Shown here one piece after another: positions 60,035-64,000 of a DNA stretch of 64,000 bases. This DNA comes from the human T2T-CHM13v2.0 reference genome, Homo sapiens. The DNA is taken from NCBI RefSeq assembly GCF_009914755.1, contig NC_060937.1. One strand, given 5' to 3'. A program made the position numbers and the translations under genes. Every line of letters begins with the position of its first letter. Positions within the stretch are counted from its first letter, which is position 1. The notes under the pieces were generated by a model, which was given only the letters and a program-made list of their open reading frames with translations, did no database searches and had not been told where the DNA came from.

Positions 60035-61617
60035 GGTAATCAAGTTCTACATTTATTCTATCACATCATTGTATTCTGCCTAATTAAGAAGAGAAATATC
60101 TTCTTAATATCCCCTAATATGCACTGGCAGAAACACTTTTTGAATGTGGACTGGGAGTCTAATTCTCTAAGCCTCATGTGGGTCACCTTTCAACTAACTT
60201 CCATTTAAGTATTGCTGGCATGAAAAATATAGGATAGAGTCTTGAGTAAACAAAATGTAGAATTGCGCTTTGTTTAATTACTCCAAAGCCCTTTGTCTCT
60301 TACTTGTAAGGTACAATACGGCAAAGACTCTTGGCAGATGCCTAAGAACTTTTATAACTGATGTCAAGATCAACTGAAACAAAGACGCATTTGTTGAACT
60401 CCAGATTTAAATGCTGGCCTGGCTTTTCAGAGATAAATCTTAGGTGTTTGCTCTTGGCTATGGATAAGAGTAGTTTGAAAAATTTATTTGCCAATGCTTA
60501 CACAAGCCACTACTGCATATTATGAAGCATTGCTCACCTAACACATAAGAAAAATTAAAAACAAAATAGCTGAGTGTGGCTGGAAAGAGAGGCAGCTCTA
60601 GGGGAGGGCATTCCTGGGAAGCAGGAATGGATGCAAAAACCCAGGTTAGATTAAGCATTTGGAGATGAAAAAAATGAATTGACTAGCATAGCTAAAAAGG
60701 CAGCAACGTGATTACCAAAAGCAATGTCAGCATGGTGTAGTGGGCTGCGTATGGGTTATGGCATCGGTAGATAGCTCCAATCTTTTGGTACTTGGCAGGT
60801 TTCTTAAAGTCTGACAATCTCAGTTTTCTTTTATAAAGTGGGATTATCTGCCTGCCTTTGAGGGCTGCTCAGAGGGTCAAATGAGATTATGTTCTGAAAG
60901 TACTTTGTCAACTAAAATTCTCTATCAATGAGAATACTAATAAAATGATAATATAATAATCATGATCAGAGTAATACTCATTTGATACTAATACTACCAA
61001 ATGACATTTACATATTTTATTCGGTGCCAGACACTAAGCTAAAGGTTTCATATAAATTCTCTTACTGGGGTGCATACTATTTGACAAAATAGGAAGTTGT
61101 GAAACTCAGATTAAATAACTTGACCAAGGTCTATTGGATACCCACATTGTGCTTTGACTTCCACAGTGAATTACCTTCCTTATTATAATGATAACAAATG
61201 CTAACAATTCATTCAGGCATAACTTCTGTTTTCACATATTCCTCTAAAATGATCTTTCTTGTCTAGCATTTTACCGAGTAGTTCAATCACAAGCTCACTA
61301 TAATTTAATGCATGTTCTCTCCTTGAAGGACATATATAAAGGCATAAGGAAATTATTATATAAAATTAAGACTACTGTTTTAGAGCAACAGAACTTGCAT
61401 AGTAAAGAAAGGCTGTAGAACCTTTAAAATACAATATGAACATCCTGAAAGATTAGAAAAAGAAAATAATTCTCACAACCATATTACTCTGTTAGTCCTT
61501 TAATTTTTATGGCCCATTGTCTCCTTTTACATTATTATTCCTTTTTTTTTTTCTATCAACTATCCCTGGGATAATAGTCCTATGAATGGGTCTATAAGCC
61601 TATGAAAATTCCAGAAT

Positions 61618-61821
61618 TGCACTGTTCAGTGTGGTAACCACTGTCCACATGTAGCTATTTAAAGTATATTTAGACTAAAATAAAAAGAAATTAAAAATTC
61701 ATTTCCTCCATCACACTAGCTAAACTTCAAATACTCAATGACCCTATGTGGCCTGTGGCTATCATATTTGACAGTGCAGAAGAATTCCCATCATTGCAGC
61801 CAGTTGTATTGGACAGCCCTG
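61618..61821 (-). mobile_element. MER3-like hAT-Charlie MITE
   Basis: GGTAACCACTGTCCACATGTAGCTATTTAAA...ATGTGGCCTGTGGCTA...TATTGGACAGCCCTG. Confidence 0.8.
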
Positions 61822-63167
61822 CTCCAGAACATGAAATCATGATCCTCTCTCTGCCTGGATCTGCTAGGGCCTAGGGGACAGTCACATTATCTATGTAATT
61901 ACGCCAGAGGATTTACGAGGATGTTTAGAGTAGAAATTCATGGAATGATATTGGACTTATTGTTGATCAACATGATAGCAGATTAAAGCATCAAAATTTG
62001 GAGAATTATCTTAACCAGACTCTCTTGCACCAGCTGGTTAAAGCACAGAACATGCCAGGGATGTGTTCCTAGTACATTCCACTGGCACAGAGGTGTGAAA
62101 GATGTGAAAAGGAAAAACCACACAACAACGCTGGCCAGAGCAGGCAGAGTTATTCAGAGGAGTGTTTGTAGACAGATGCAATGGCCTGAGAGCAGGCATG
62201 GAATTGTGAAAAGCCCTTCTGACCTGATAAAGTGATTTCAGAGTGATAGAGTTCTAAGGTGAGACAATAGCAGAGAATGGTGTTGAAGGTTAGAACTAGG
62301 TTGAAATTGTAACGGGCCTTGTGTTCTCTAAAATGTTTTAGTTTATCCATCAGGACTCAGGGAGCCATCAGAAGTCTTCAAGCTGTGGAGTGACGTGGCT
62401 GGATTAGCTTTATTTTTCAGGAAGGTAATTAACACATGGGTGGGCAGAGTAGCTTAGTTTAGAGGTTGAGAAACAACTTCTGGATTTTCCTTTGGTAGAG
62501 TTATTGTGCTCTATTTGTCAGTCATAATACCTTATAGTTCAAAGTAAGGATGATTTTTAAAATCTCTATTAATTTTCTGACATTAACTGACAATGATACT
62601 AAAAGGACAATTTATAGTAGTGTTTTGTTAACTATGGTAAAATGGGCTCAGAGTGGTCTGAAAAATGTAGTCACCTAGTGAATGAATAATAAAGACCTTT
62701 GTACCAGCTTAAATCCATTTTGGGTGAATATATTTATAATATTTATAATTCTATTAATTGGTTTTATAAGATCATAAAACGCAAGCGTTTAAATGATGCA
62801 CCATTGTTGTAGTGGAAATAAAAGAGGAAGATACATGAAATACTAAAGATGAGAAGAGGTGGGAAATGAGCCAGACAGACCACCCTAACTATGCTGGCGT
62901 TTGGTTGATTTTGGAAAAAAGACTTGGGAAAATGAATGACAGACCCTTCCCTTGATTTTTCCCACTCTACTAATTTGGTCCTGAGTTAATTGTCAAAATA
63001 AGTGAGACTATGCTAGAAACCAACTATTAACTATTTTGTTACTTGGTTAACTATTAACAACTTTCTTAACTATTTATTAATAAGTTTATTTATTAACTAC
63101 TTTTATAGTTAATAAAGATGGAAAGTCCTGACTTAGTAAAGAAGAAATACATACTCCTTTTAAACAT

Positions 63168-63630
63168 TTATTTATTTATTTATTTGTATTTTAAAGACGG
63201 GGGTCTCATCTGTCACCTAGGCTGGAGTGTAATGGTGCCATCATGGTTCATTGCAGCCTCGAATCCCTGTGCTCAAGTGATCCTCCTGCCTCAGCCTCCT
63301 GAGTAGCTGAGACTACAGGTGCTCACCACCATGCCTGGCTAATTTTTTATTTTTAAATTTTTTTTGGTAGAGGTGAGGTCTCACTGTGTTGACCAGGATT
63401 GGTTTCGAACTCCTGGGTTCAAGTGATCTTCCAGCTTCAGCCTCCTGAGTAGCTGGGACTACAGGCATGTGCCACCATGTCAGCTAATTTTTTAGTTTTA
63501 AAATTTTTTTGTAGAGATGGAGTGCCACTATGTTGACCAGGTTGGTTTTGAACTCCTGGGCTTAAGTGATCCTCCTGCCTCAGCCTCCCCAAGTACTGAG
63601 ATTATAGGCATGAGCCACGGTGTCCAACCA
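63168..63630 (-). mobile_element. Trimeric AluJ-like element (extra hybrid monomer)
   Basis: The ~150-bp block GAGTAGCTG..GACTACAGG...GTAGAG...TGTTGACCAGG...AAGTGATC...CAGCCTCC occurs twice in tandem. Confidence 0.85.
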
Positions 63631-64000
63631 AGATGTGCTTCTCCTCAAGACCAAAACATTTACTAAGAAGTAGATGAGCACATGAAAGAAGTTAATCTGA
63701 CATTTCCTCAAAGGTTTAAAAATAAGTTGTATTTTCAAAGAAGGACTTCCATAATGCTTTTCTAGTGACTCTTCATTCACCTTACTGGCTTCGGTGCAGA
63801 CAGACTAACCCAGTTCACTCCCCGAATGGCACCTTTAAACTTCAGTCAGTTACACAAAAGCACACATAGTAAAGGAAACATTTTTGCTTCAGTATAACTG
63901 TTATATTATTCTACCCCATTTTAAGTATATAATTAATTTTAGTTCTGTGTCTACACAACTTAAAGCCAATGATTTTTAACGACTGCCCCAAAAATTTCTG

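Overview
This is primate, most likely human, genomic DNA: Alu-dense, AT-rich and almost entirely non-coding. The one recognisable gene feature is a CpG-island promoter (~16.9-17.9 kb) with a minus-strand first coding exon (ATG at 17504, CAG|GTCAGT donor at 17381/17380, phase 1). It encodes MTSKRKPCQTQLRRSISEQLRDSTARAWDLLWKNVRERRLA, which from memory I assign to an alternative first exon of the RhoGAP gene STARD13 (DLC2). The rest is intronic or upstream sequence filled with Alu, MIR, L2, L1M, MaLR/ERV LTRs (including an LTR12 solo LTR inside an Alu) and hAT/Tc1-mariner relics. Nearly all ORFs in the supplied track are repeat-derived or chance. I found no CRISPR array and no new multi-gene system. 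The most unusual structures are: (1) a 15 x 23-bp minisatellite of near-palindromic units; (2) a MER94/THE1D locus with two neighbouring template-switch-like inverted duplications; (3) a uORF whose stop overlaps the main ATG; (4) a candidate short terminal exon giving a 63-aa peptide; (5) a 90-bp VNTR carrying (AT)n tracts of increasing length; and (6) PBX-HOX/MEIS motif clusters in repeat-free DNA. Repeat family names come from recalled consensus sequences, not a database search, and repeat boundaries are approximate.
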